A stretch of 63,088 bases of DNA, the filler included, from Asterionella formosa (taxonomy: Eukaryota), in the NCBI GenBank assembly GCA_002256025.1. It is 29 parts of 29 records of this genome, joined end to end, with 100 filler letters (N's around TTAATTAATTAA, not from the genome) between each part and the next. Parts side by side here need not be neighbours in the genome. Positions count along the whole stretch, not along the records: positions 47,965 to 50,040 come from NKIB01000487.1; positions 50,141 to 52,215 come from NKIB01000488.1; positions 52,316 to 54,390 come from NKIB01000489.1; positions 54,491 to 56,565 come from NKIB01000490.1; positions 56,666 to 58,740 come from NKIB01000491.1; positions 58,841 to 60,914 come from NKIB01000492.1; positions 61,015 to 63,088 come from NKIB01000493.1; 22 more parts are not named here. One strand, 5' to 3'. A program made the translations under genes and the position numbers. The stretch's first letter is position 1; every line of letters starts with the position of its first letter. The notes under the pieces were generated by a model. The model was not told the DNA's origin. It worked only from the letters and a program-made list of their open reading frames with translations, and ran no database searches. This document shows, piece by piece, positions 49,291-61,922 of this stretch.

Positions 49291-50140
49291 TTAAACCGGT
49301 ACCTGGTACCTGGTATCAGGTACTCGGTACTTCGGTATGCAGCAGCAGTAAGGAGAGGAAGGTGTGACTGATGGGACACCAACAGCAGGTGAAGGAGGGA
49401 AGTCTGAGCTGCCAGTTTGCTTTTGGAACTATATACTTGGGTTGCACTGCCTCCCAGCAGATCGAGATGCAATGTCACCCTAGTTTTGATACCAATGTGG
49501 ATGACAGCAGCCAGTCGACTCTCGTCTTGAAGGAGTGTTGACTCCTGACTACTAGTTATTGCTGGTAGCAGGAGTGACAAGTATGCAGAATGATGATTGA
49601 GAGTCCAGAAATGCCTCAAATGTGGTGTTTGAAGAAGTTTTCAACAATTAACAAGTTGATGAACCAACAGAAATGATGCAGGATGTGTGTCAAAGAGGTA
49701 GGAGGGAGGAAGCAATTCTGTCAGTACTATTGTAGTCTTTCTGTTATACCAAAAACTATTTGTTCTGTGGTAGGAATGCAAAAATTTGGAATTAGGTTTG
49801 TAAGGTTGCTGAAAATTTTACAAGGATTGAGCAGGATATAGTAAGAAAGGTGGAGTATTGTTGCTTGGCAAAGCGTTGTGTGGGATATGATGACTGCCCT
49901 ACTTTGAGCTGCGTTTTTTTCACTGCCACATTGCAAATTGACAAAATGTATGAGGTATATATTCCAGATAGAACAGTGCCACAGATTAGATTGCCAATCA
50001 ATTGAGGATATCTGCTGATCATCACACTGGTGGTCATACANNNNNNNNNNNNNNNNNNNNNNNNNNNNNNNNNNNNNNNNNNNNTTAATTAATTAANNNN
50101 NNNNNNNNNNNNNNNNNNNNNNNNNNNNNNNNNNNNNNNN

Positions 50141-50556
50141 AGCAAAACGCCGCAACAGGAATGGGGTACCCTTCCTCTATTTGACAAGAGATGAGGATTA
50201 CAGCGAAATTGATGGTGACAATTCCATAGATAACGATGCAACACATCTTATTAAAAATACACCTCTATACGGCACAATTTTTCAGGCTGATAACTACAAC
50301 CTGTTTCAAGTCCTGGTCAGTTGGACCAGCGGAGGCACAATGGAGGCAATAGTTGATCGACACAGGACCACATCAAATGGGCGTGCAGCCTGGAGTATTA
50401 TAGTTTCTATGATGGATGGACAAGATTCCAAAAATGCCCGCAATAGGGATGCTGACATTTGGATCGACCGAGCTTTCTACAAAGACAAGCGTTCTCAGTT
50501 TTCATTTGATCAATATTGTGCGATTCACATTACATCCAATATGGAAATGGAGGAAC
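50141..50556 (+). mobile_element. CoDi-type Copia gag fragment, cut by element AB
   Basis: TPLYGTIFQADN..LFQVL...NGRAAW...FYKDKRSQFSFDQY..IH resembles diatom copia gag. Confidence 0.65.
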
Positions 50557-51858
50557 GTCTGTAAATAAAAAGTATCATGCATATAGGATCAAGGGTATCG
50601 TAAGCTAAGTGGCACAGGATTTTTGTATATATGATAATTTTTGAATCAAAAATATGATCAAGGTATCTTGTATCTATGATGATTTATTAATATGTTACTG
50701 ACCTTGAAGTATAATGATGATAGGAGCATTATCATCACACAATGTAAATAAACTGATCAACAACATTTCTCGTCAATATCATAAACCTTCTCATATTATT
50801 TTCACTTCTCATGATCGCCCGATGTAAATTATAACTACAATGCATCCTAAAATCAGCTAATTTATATGCTATCATTTGAATTGTTTCATCATATATCTAT
50901 CTTAAACATGATCATATTTCTAATTACAAGGATTGTTAAAAAAGGATTGGAACGGATCTTAATTTAATTGACAAATTTAGCAATGCTATCTATGATTCTA
51001 CAGGCCAGCAACCCAACGTTTCTCTCTCTACTTGGCTCAATGTATATTGATCCTGTCTTGCCCTTTCCTTCCTCTATTCTGAATCTTGCGCCATGCAGTA
51101 CATAATGTCTTGCATTTCTCCCTGCAATTAGTGACACTCTGAACTCACCGACTATTCCGTTGTTTCATTGGTTTTATTGTCCTATGCAGAAACAGTAACA
51201 ATGAGAAGGAATGATTGGTTAGCTAGTCATGTTACATTGACACAACGACACACAATTCCACCGTATCCTCTTGCTTCACTTACCACAAATCAATGCAACT
51301 GATGCATAAGTCTATTATAGTAAATTGTCAGTAAGCCAAACTCTTGAATAAGTACGTTTCGGGTATCCAATGTTGTCGAATAAAACTTACCGGTTCATTT
51401 TTGTCAGCTTAACTTTGAGAGAAGGTAAACGTTTTGTCAGCTTTGTTCCAACAGAAGTGAAAAGGTCCAACGAGCGACAAGAGCACTTACGCAATTTGGT
51501 TTTGTTTTACATTGGTGCTCCCCAACAAGCGAAACGAGCTGTTGAATCAACTGAGAAAAAAGGAAATGTGGCTGCGTTTAGTTAACAATTTGTTGTTGTG
51601 CTGCCTGCCTCCCAACGATTGTCATCCAAGTAGCTACCACATTGATGGCTTCATTACCTTAAACATTCTCCATCCTTCGAATGCGCAATGTGTCGAAGCC
51701 ACAATGTTTTTCGTTATGTATTGCATAAACTTTCTTTGCTTGTCATGTGCTTAACTACGACATATCTTTTCATGAAGCAGCAGGCATTGTTTGTTAACAT
51801 GACAGAACGATTTCAAAAATATATATGCCATGGATATAGTAATAAAATTTGTAAATAT

Positions 51859-51889
<31 letters not shown>

Positions 51890-52215
51890 TAAGTGTTATA
51901 CATTTATAAAATTCAAAGGCGCTCTCGATATGGAACATCTGATATGGTTGGGATGATCATACTTGCATATACATAAATCGAAAATACTCAATGCACTATA
52001 TGTCCATTGTTTTCCACAACTACCTGTACCGGTATTGTTTCTGAAATTTGTTTGCATCGATATTTTCTACGTCCGTTGAAACTAATTGTTTAGACCGTTC
52101 AATTGCCGCAAGGGTTTTGGTAGCAAATTGTTTAAGCCCCTTTTTTGGTTGGGAGCTCTTCATGTGTACCGGTACATCATATGACAATAACAATATATCA
52201 TATATATATACAGAG
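50557..52215 (+). repeat. Element AB (left and right parts contiguous)
   Basis: Joins the 8983-type sequence to the 34904-type sequence in one contig. Confidence 0.92.
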
Positions 52216-53399
52216 NNNNNNNNNNNNNNNNNNNNNNNNNNNNNNNNNNNNNNNNNNNNTTAATTAATTAANNNNNNNNNNNNNNNNNNNNNNNNNNNNN
52301 NNNNNNNNNNNNNNNTAACGTAGGCAAAAATTAAAATATTGCTGCCTTTGGATTCCCGAAATTCCCTGGAATTCCGAATTTCTATGGGCCAATTTTGAAT
52401 GACATGATTCCATTTGAAATATTTAAATCAGTGGAAATTTGCCTGTATTTTACATAGATTCCTTTTCCAATCCACTACTGGTAAATATATAAACAGTCTA
52501 AATCACCACTCGGTGTCTATGTACTATCCATCGTACAAGTATACAAGTGTGATCAACATCTACCGTGTGTGTCATATGACCCAGTGGCATGGCACATATT
52601 TGTTGATGACTTATAACCTAAAACGCAACAATCAACCATGAGTGAAATTACACAACATCAGGAATACAGCAATGGCATCTTTGAATTCAACTACAGTCAT
52701 GATTCATGTCCAACATGGTTGTCAAGACCGGTTCATTAAAGACCGGTTAATTGTAGAGTCGGAATTGGAGGGAAATGAGGCATGCATCTTCTGTGAATGC
52801 TGCGATTTTGGTTGCCCTGAATGTCAGTGCCGATGGGATGAAGTCGAAGAGTTGATAGAGAAGTTTTTGGAAGATGATTTCATTTTTACAAGAATGAAGG
52901 ATTAAGACATCACGCCATCAAGAGAACGCAATCTTGTTTACAAGTTTTGATCAGAACTTTCTGTGGACCATTGGAAAAAGGAGTTTGGTATGAACGCCCT
53001 GACTGTTGTTTCAAGCGGTTCAATCGTCCCTTTTGAAAAACAAGAACCCAAACGAAGAGTACATTGGTTTCAAACCAACTCCTAAATGTTCTAAATCTAG
53101 TAGTGATTTGTGTTTTTACTATTTTCATTCATTTCATTATTAAATCAATGTCAATCCACCTATGTACATTGCTTCAAAACCTTCTCTAGAAAGGAGGTGG
53201 GATACTAATATGACAAATAGAATTTTATTTTTACACGTTCTAACAAATCAACCACAAACACAACAACATCAACTAAAGAGAAAATCATGCCTCATTCCAG
53301 TGGTGTGGTGGCCATCTCATTTCCGAAATTGGAGTTGGTGGTAACAAAGGAAGACGAAATATGGTTGCCATCAGAATTGGTGGTCCTCTAAAATGCCAT

Positions 53400-53434
<35 letters not shown>

Positions 53435-53899
53435 GGGGAGNNNNNNNNCCTCAAAAATGGTGGCCCTCAAAAAACCCATATCCTCCCCCCCCCCCCTCCA
53501 CAACAATCACATCACCAATTGAACAAATCACATCGTCACCAATTAAATGAATCACATCCTCACCAATTGAACCAGACTCTCAACTGCACAGAAATCAGAT
53601 AATTGACAATAATACATTGTCGAAATTGCTTCAGGAAGATAGAATGTACTCCTGCCAAAGATGTGTTAATACATTTGTAAAAGAATATTGCAAACAATCA
53701 CTTCATGAATTTGTAACTTACTTTCAATCAAACAGAAAACAAAAGGTGTCCATCGAACAGCAATGTGAAGCATTTCTAGACGAGGATACTATCTTTGACT
53801 TTCCAATTTCATGCATGATGAACCAACCATTGATTGTTGTGTCAACCAAAAATTTCGGCTTGGCAAGCAAGCGAATTCAAAGTCTCCTCTTTGACTTGT

Positions 53900-54263
53900 T
53901 AGAAACTGATTTCTAAACTCGAATCTGCAAGAAGCAACAAGCAGCAATGGAGACAAAAATTATGAGATAAGAAATAAAGAAATCAAAGAAGCAAAACACT
54001 TTTCTATCAACGAACAGTTTATTTAGGGTTGTCACGAAGCCGGAATGGGACCGGCTGATGCAGATATCTTCTGCTCTGCAATGAACTTACCAATTGCCTT
54101 TGAATTTTCGTCTACGCAATGTAACATCAGCAGTATTGTAGAGGAACTGGTGGGAAAGGCTGAAGTTGCTGTAACAGCTCTTGCAATGAAAGAGGCGTGT
54201 CAGGAAGAAATGATAGTACATCAGAAACTCAATGTGCATGAATGAGGAGATTGGGCTGACAAT
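53900..54263 (+). mobile_element. Mutator-like/Kolobok-type transposase N-terminal remnant
   Basis: FSINEQFI*GCHEAGMGPADADIFCSAMNLP...AMKEACQEE resembles the YxIN...GxG....FC..MNLP...M..A..EE motif. Confidence 0.5.
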
Positions 54264-54390
54264 TGTTGGAGAAAATATTTTAGGAAAGAAAATCCCGGTA
54301 TAAATTACCTACTACATATTGAATCGAATGAATCAAGAAAGAATATGGTACCAGAGAATTCGAAAACAATCTACGCCAACAGTAAAAACC
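54264..54390 (+). mobile_element. Start of a Copia LTR inserted in the transposase remnant
   Basis: TGTTGGAGAAA... is homologous to 61295-61435. The contig ends exactly 127 bp into it. Confidence 0.75.
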
Positions 54391-55039
54391 NNNNNNNNNN
54401 NNNNNNNNNNNNNNNNNNNNNNNNNNNNNNNNNNTTAATTAATTAANNNNNNNNNNNNNNNNNNNNNNNNNNNNNNNNNNNNNNNNNNNNACATCACCAC
54501 TTGTATTTGAAGCCATTCTTTTTCTAAAGATGAACCGTCATTTTTGGAATGATGTTATTGTAGGAAAAGCGATGGGAAGGACACTTGCTCCTGCAGATGA
54601 ATTCTAGAAAATAATCCATTAAAATTTACCTATGTTATTCTTTGCTTAATATAAAAATATATGGACCACTTCATTTGCAAACTATTCACATCACGATAGC
54701 AAGATTTGATAAATTATCATCTATTCATTGATCTCCGTCTACTTTTTCTCTGGTAGAAAAATAATGTGAAATAATGTTTAATTGCAAGTGCAACATTTCC
54801 AAATAACTTTTAAAAACAATCTACCTACAATATACTAATTAAAGCAGGATTTAACAATATGAAATCAGGCAAATAATGACAATGATGAAGTTTCTTTCCA
54901 GCTACTGATTCTTTAATAACGGTATGATGATTAAGTCTTTTCGTTACAATGGACAGTACCATCCATTTGGAAAAGAATAGAATAAGATAGTATCCCAACG
55001 CCATGGAAAGGGCCAGTTCATCATTCATGTTGTAAAATC

Positions 55040-56375
55040 TACTCACAAAATTGAAATGATATGTTTCTACTAGGCTACTACTGGCTGCTGGATAAACCAT
55101 TTCTTTACAACCATAAGACCGTTCCGTTATGTTGAACATTTCAATTGACTGGGGACTAATATAGTTTGGAAGTGTATCCATATCTCATTCTTGGAACAAT
55201 GACAAACGACATAAAATGGTCATCATGTATTGTTGTCGCATAAATACACAAAATTGAAATGATAGGTTCCTACTACTGGATATTCCATAACAACTTAACA
55301 ACCATGAGACCTTTCCATGATGTTGAACATCTCATTTGATGGGGCAATAATATAGAATGAGATTATACACTTACCTCATTCTTGGAACAATGACAACCCA
55401 CATAAATACACAAAATTTAAATGATTGGTTCCTAGTACTGGATATTCCATAACTTTACAACTATAAAACCTTTCCATGATGTTGGACATCTCAATTGACT
55501 GGGGAGTAATATAGAGTGATATTATACCCATATCTCACTCTTGGAACAATCACCAACGCCAAACAATGGTGAGCATGTGATGTTGCAGCATAAATACACA
55601 AAATTGAAATGATTGGTTTCTACAACTGGATATTCCATAACTTTACAACAATGAGACCTTTCTATGATGTTGAACATCACATTTGACGAGCCAATAATAA
55701 AGAATGAGAATCAACCCTCATCTCATTCTTGGAACAATGACAAACGACATAAAATGGTCATCATGTGATGTTGTCACATAAATACACAAAATTGAAATGA
55801 TAGGTTCCTACTACTGGATATTCCATAACTTTACAACTATGAGACCTTTCCATGATGTTGGACATCTCAATTGACTGGGAGGCTGTATAGAAAGAGATTG
55901 TATCCATATCTCAATATTGGAAAAATCACATACAACATAGAATGGTCATAATGTCATGTTGCAGCAATAATACACAAAATTCAAATGATAGGTTTCCACT
56001 GCTGGATATTCCCTAACCTTACAACTATGCGACCTTTTCCATGATGTTGGACATCTCAATTGACTGGGAGGCTGTATAGAATGAGATTGTATCCATATCT
56101 TATTATTGGAAAAATGACTTACGCCATAGAATGGTCATCATGTCATGTTGCAGCGGCATAAACACACAATGTTGAAATGAATGGTTCCTATTACAAGTTA
56201 TTCCATAACTTCACAACTATGAGACCCTTCCATGATGCTGCACATCTCAATTGACTGGCTAGTAGTATAGAGTGACATAGTATCCATATCTCATAATTGA
56301 ACAATTACTAACACCATAGAATGGTCATCATGTAATGTTGCAGCATAAACACACAAAATTGAAAGGATAGGGATC
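55040..56375. repeat. Diverged ~189-bp tandem array, about 7 units
   Basis: GGATATTCC(A)TAAC anchors at ~55278, 55440, 55628, 55817, 56003 and 56197. Confidence 0.9.
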
Positions 56376-56665
56376 CACCACCGCTTCTTTGGTAATGGTA
56401 TGCTTGTACTCCGGATTCTTTGATAGCATTATGAAGATGAGACTTTTTCAAGATAATTTACAGATTAACTCACTGGGGGAACTACTTTTGAATATATTAT
56501 GATAGCATCAATAGCAATTTTTTTCTTGTTACCTATATGACAACCACCAATTTCAGGTCACCAGANNNNNNNNNNNNNNNNNNNNNNNNNNNNNNNNNNN
56601 NNNNNNNNNTTAATTAATTAANNNNNNNNNNNNNNNNNNNNNNNNNNNNNNNNNNNNNNNNNNNN

Positions 56666-56895
56666 TGTATTTCATTTGTCGAAGTCGTGTCTCTGCATGG
56701 TTGTGCCAGAATTGCTGCAGTCTTCGAGCGCACACCATTGCTTGCCAGATTCACTAGGATGCGATCATAACAGCTTGCGGCATCATTATCGACGACTGCC
56801 AGTGTTAATCGTTGCTGCCTCGATATGTCATACGTTATAATTTTTTTGAATAGTACATCCATGGTGCTGCGATTTTTATGGGAGCCCTGCATCAT
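56666..56895 (-). mobile_element. Non-LTR retrotransposon RT fragment
   Basis: QGS...ST.D...K.ITYDISRQQR..LAVVDNDAASCYDRI (RT subdomain 2-3 motif). Confidence 0.75.
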
Positions 56896-57333
56896 GACAA
56901 TAACAATATATCATATATATATACAGAGTACCAGTAGCAGGTAGTAAGTGATATACTGGGGGTAGTCGGAGTAGTAAACTAGCAACAGAACACCATATGT
57001 TCATGACTGTTGCTACTGCAGTGGGACAGTAAATCATCATAGTTTCAGGATTTTATGATAGTAAAATAGAAAGAGAGTAGTCGGAGTAGTAAGCGAGCAA
57101 CAGAACACCATATGTTCATGACTACTGCTACTGCAGCGGGACAAAACAAGATATGCTACAACTCAAACTCGGTTCTTATTTTGTATATGATAATGTAAAT
57201 AGCACTGTTGGTTTTATGGTATCATATCTAGACAGCGTAAAATATTATATGTAGTGGCTGATGATTCATTTCACTGTAGCTAGCAACACCTTATTTAAAG
57301 ATCATCGCACTTTAAGGAAGACAACGACAACAG
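56891..57333 (+). repeat. Element AB, right terminal part
   Basis: ATGACAATAACAATATATCATAT...AGAACACCATATGTTC...AAGGAAGACAACGACAACAG, as in 35690-36231. Confidence 0.85.
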
Positions 57334-58324
57334 TTATCTAGTAGTACTATGTCTTCAAAAAAAATAAAGAGGTTCATGGAAGCAAAGAAGCGACATGTGG
57401 CAAATACTGCCGGTATGGAACAAAGAAGCAAGTACCAAAATGAGTTAACAGAGAAAACGCGAATAGGCGATTATCCAAAGGAACCCAATTGGCGACAACA
57501 GGGAGTTAGTGGGGGTACTAACCCATCGTCGATGGGGACACCATCAGCTACTAGTACAGAGGATCCCGTAATAGATAGTGAAATCAATGATGACGTTTCT
57601 TGTTCAGTTGTTAAACAAGAAAAATGGCTCCTGTTGATGATACCATTAATAACTCCCGGATGCAGATGGACGACATGGTATCATTTCATAAATTTTCCAC
57701 TTGCGCAGACCAACAAGCAAGTACATGACAAACTGAGGGAAAAAATTTTGCACTTGCCAAAGGATATTATCAATTGGTCAATGAACTCAATGAGCAGCCT
57801 TATCAGAACGTTGTTCCCGCTCAGCTAAAATTGAACCAAACCATTAATTGTAACAAAGGGTGTGAGTTTTATTTTAAAGACCAAGAAGTTTTCCTGTGAA
57901 CATGTAAGTTTGAGGTTATAGTTCGTGAATTGCAGGTACTGTAAAACAGAATATCAATATAATTTTCTTTTTTTTCTGCTCCCAAAAGAGAATCAAACAT
58001 CCCGCCCTATCTGGTCCAAGTAGTATGAAGGCATTTCCAATCACAATTAGCGTGTATTTGTTCCTTGAAAAGTTCAACTGAAATGAAAAATTCATAAACG
58101 TATGTTTTTGGCAAGAGGAGACACCATATGAAATGATACAACTGAATTGAGCGTTGTTGAATTTCATAACATACTTTCGGCAGCATTTTTTGTAACTGCT
58201 TTGAAACCGCATGAATCAAGGAAGTCTCTGAATTCGCAAGATCTTATGGAACAGATACAAAAAATTTAATTTTGGATCTCTTCTCTTGGGCTGCACTCCT
58301 CATGTCATTTGGAGAATTGTTTAT

Positions 58325-58740
58325 TTAATGTGTGTTGCGTTTATAATCTACCTTTTTTCGCACTTCCTGTTGTTTTTGTTGTTGTGTTTTGTGCTGTTTT
58401 GGTTGAAAATACTCCTGAAATGATTGTTGTCCTGTTTCTGCTCCTCCCTTGAAAATGAACATCTCTCCTGAATATTTCCCCTCTTCTGCTATAGTCCCTC
58501 CTAATTTTTTCATCATGCTCCGATTGGGAAATCGTATTTTTTTCATTATGAAGCACCTCTTTTCTATCTTTCCACGCTCCAATGATTACTTTCCAAAATT
58601 GAGCCCGATGTATTGCCGCTGTAGCCCAACTGTTGCACTGCACTTATTTTGGTTGCATATCTTCTTCCTCTGAACGGTAAGCTGCACTTTTCCGTACCTT
58701 GCCAAGATACCCCCTCATCGTCAAAATTATGCCCAGTTGG
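58325..58740 (-). mobile_element. Non-LTR retrotransposon ORF2 C-terminal remnant
   Basis: MRGYL...SWATAAI...WK....AWKDR..VLH Trp pattern, frameshifted. Confidence 0.5.
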
Positions 58741-58840
58741 NNNNNNNNNNNNNNNNNNNNNNNNNNNNNNNNNNNNNNNNNNNNTTAATTAATTAANNNN
58801 NNNNNNNNNNNNNNNNNNNNNNNNNNNNNNNNNNNNNNNN

Positions 58841-59576
58841 TCCTCCGTCGCATCCTTTCACTGCACTGCGCGGAAAATAAATCAGGAAGAATACTTTCCA
58901 CAATTGCTCGTTCCAACAGTTGAATAAGGTAACTTTTTGTCTCGGCACTTTTGACTCCGGGAATCACATCCATCTCGTAAAAGAAAGTGACGACCGTTAA
59001 GTTCCCGGATTCCAGACCAAAATTTCCTGTTGAGCCAATGATACAGTATTGTTGGTATGGTTGGCTGTGAAAAGAAGAAGGAACTGGCGTGCGAGAAATT
59101 ACGCTAGGGCTCTCAGATCCAAAAGTTGGAGCAACGGAATTTTGCGCTGAACTATTCGGCAACATGACAGAAGGAGCGGGTGTAGTTGGGGCTGATACAG
59201 GGGCGACTGAAACAGGAGCAGTTGTAACGGGCAAAAAAGTTGTAGGGGCCACGGGAGTAGATGTGCCCGACACTGGACTCGTTGATACAGAAGAAATGGT
59301 GATCGGCGAGCTCGTTGAGGGCCTAAAGGTCGCGGCGACAGAGGCCCTTGAGGGTTTAAAAGTTTCAAGAGGCGCCGCCGATGGCGAATCAGTGTACGTC
59401 ACAAAGATGTTGTCGTGACCGTCGCCACTATCAGGATTTGGATGTCGTTTGTGCCTAGATTTACTAGGATCTGATCTTTTGGATTTGGAATAAGTCTTTG
59501 ACAGCGATGGTGCTGAAAGTAAGAAAATAAACAAAATAGCGTGACGGCATTTGATAATCCGCACTCTGCAAGTCAT
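58841..59576 (-). CDS. Secreted Ser/Thr/Pro-rich protein, 5' part
   Basis: Hydrophobic signal (AILFIFLLSAPSLS), PV(T/S)AP repeats, then a globular segment (FFYEMD...LLERAI...LF...C). Confidence 0.7.
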
Positions 59577-59777
59577 TCTACTGTCCTCGGTGTTGCAATG
59601 GGAAATGATTCCTTATTTCCTTGTTGTGATGCTCGCGTTTGTACTTGTGGTTGTTCAGGTTCCTTCTCTTTAGGCAGTTAAAAATAAAAATTCTAAAAAT
59701 AAATGCAATTTCGTTTATGAATTTGTTGATCATCCGTGAATTCATCTGCGCGCATGGTAATTCCGGCAATCCCCACC

Positions 59778-59990
59778 CTAGCTATCGTCTTGCCATTCGA
59801 GTATTTCTAAGTATTTTTTAGGCTCTAAGTAATTTCTTAAGTAATTTTTATTTAAGGGCAATATGGGGCACATCGAATTTTTCGGCAATAAAATTGCCGA
59901 TTTTAGCATGACAACCAAAATAACGGTAATATGCATGGAGATGGTACAACAAGCGTAAAACACACGAGAATGATTGTAACATGCAACATC
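59778..59990 (+). repeat. Dispersed repeat family D
   Basis: Inverted homolog of 13290-13480. The terminal 22-mer is identical to 47544-47565. Confidence 0.8.
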
Positions 59991-61294
59991 AATGAAAATT
60001 GAACATGATGTTTGGAGCAACCAAAGTATGAAATGCGATGTAATAAGTAGCATCAAATGAGAAATAGAAAAAATTGTTTTGGGTTAGAAATGAAATAAAA
60101 AATAAGAGTTCCAATGGAGACGTATGCATTGTGAATCATTGTAGTACTTACACACCAGGCAACATTCACTTTCCATCACCACACAATCGAAGACCAAGCA
60201 AAATAAGAAGGGAAAAGCTGAACCCAATCTTGACCTACATCGTTATGTAGCGTTAATGGTCTGGTTTCTGCAACCATGCACATCGCTGTAGTAGCCTGAC
60301 ACAAGTAGCAGTATTTCCGCCACAGTCATTCCTCTCCGCTGCCACCAAACAAGCAACCCTGATCATTCCATTCTGAGCAAGCATGATCGCCATGCTGCTC
60401 CAGCACTATTGACTCTCTCTAGCTGAGTATTCGTCATGTAGCTTCTGATACGAACTCGTAGTAGAAATGTAGCAAAGCGCGTTAGTACAAGAAAAGCATT
60501 GCTTGGCGGCAATATTGACATCATTGTCAACGACTATACAAATCAACAAATACGATCAACAACGGCACAATACCACATCTTCAATGAGTAGTCATTGATA
60601 AATGCATTGGTTCTTATGTAGATATGTACAATCGAAACAAAACGACAGTGCGTAACGACAAACAACGATGGAAGCGATCAAAACAAACCACGGAAGCAAT
60701 CAAATCGGAAAGTCGGCCCCATAAATACGATCTACAATCCACATTCAGTATTCCACTGTTGTACTCACCGATCCGCTTCAACTAGCATAACAAGCAGCAG
60801 ACGATGGGATCAAAGAAAGACAAACGTTGCCTATTGCAAGCCCGAATAGAGCAAAGGCAGGCAAGATAGAGTGAGAACTATATTTGTGAGGACGAAATCG
60901 GGCATACGGTACGTNNNNNNNNNNNNNNNNNNNNNNNNNNNNNNNNNNNNNNNNNNNNTTAATTAATTAANNNNNNNNNNNNNNNNNNNNNNNNNNNNNN
61001 NNNNNNNNNNNNNNTTTTCATTTTTGTTCTTGTAGTTTTATAGTACTTTAAGCAATATTTTGCTTAAACTACCGGTAGAAGTCCTCAATTCACATTCTGG
61101 CTGCTAAATTTATATACCCCCGGTAGACAAACATACCTAGCTACCGGTATACCGGTGAACCTTATTTCATATGTACATACCGTTATAGCTGCCTGCGTCA
61201 CTAATAGAGAAGGAAGGTAAAAAAACCGGGTATGGAACCTATTACTGTACCAGTATTGCAATTCGAAACTTTGGCTTTTGGCTGCAATTCCTTT

Positions 61295-61882
61295 TGTTGG
61301 AGAAATTACATAGGAAAGAAAAATCCCGGTATGATGAATTACCTATGTACTACATATTGAATCGAATGAAGCAAAAGAATATGGTACCAGAGAAAACTCA
61401 GAATTCGAAAACAATCTACATCGCCAGTAAAACCCAAAATTCTATTAAAGCTCTTAGGAACGATTACAATCGATTACAGAAACATCGTTGTTCATAACTA
61501 CAGCCTATTTGGTCCCTGACGTGTCCTAGTAACAGGATACAAGATAGAAATAGAGGGCTTCGGGACGCAATTTCAACAGTTTCAATAGAATTAGCTGGCC
61601 AGGAAGCGCCGTAATATTACAATCAACAACAGGCGGACTGTGGAGAGTCCGGAGACAAGATTTGAGGGTACCAGACCATCCAGAGTCTGAAGAAGTCGCA
61701 CAAGGCGCATTATGAGTGGCAAGGGAACGTTTTCCAAGAAGGCTCAGGCCAAGGGCAAGTTTCAAGCCAAGGGAGGAAGCAATCATGCTTCTCACAACAT
61801 CAAGAAGTCAGTTAATGACTATAACTACTACCTCAAATCGACAAAGCAGGCATCTGACTATGAGACACCTTTTCCACCTTAA
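61295..61882 (+). mobile_element. CoDi-type Copia 5' LTR (61295-61578) and truncated gag start (61712-61882)
   Basis: TGTTG...CAACA boundaries. The gag reads KKSVNDYNYYLKSTKQASDYET, a typical diatom copia gag N-terminus. Confidence 0.75.
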
Positions 61883-61922
61883 GTGCTTATATTGCAAGTG
61901 CATACTCCCAAATACGCTTAGT

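Noticed and set aside
53401..53500. Poly-G/poly-C tracts as a G-quadruplex or a Gly/Pro-rich ORF
   Set aside because: They flank an 8-N scaffold gap and are likely low-quality sequence or an assembly artefact.
2087..61014. Regularly spaced TTAATTAATTAA palindrome and ORFs ending in X...LIN
   Set aside because: Artificial contig linker. ORFs running into it are truncated, and gene neighbourhoods across it are not real.
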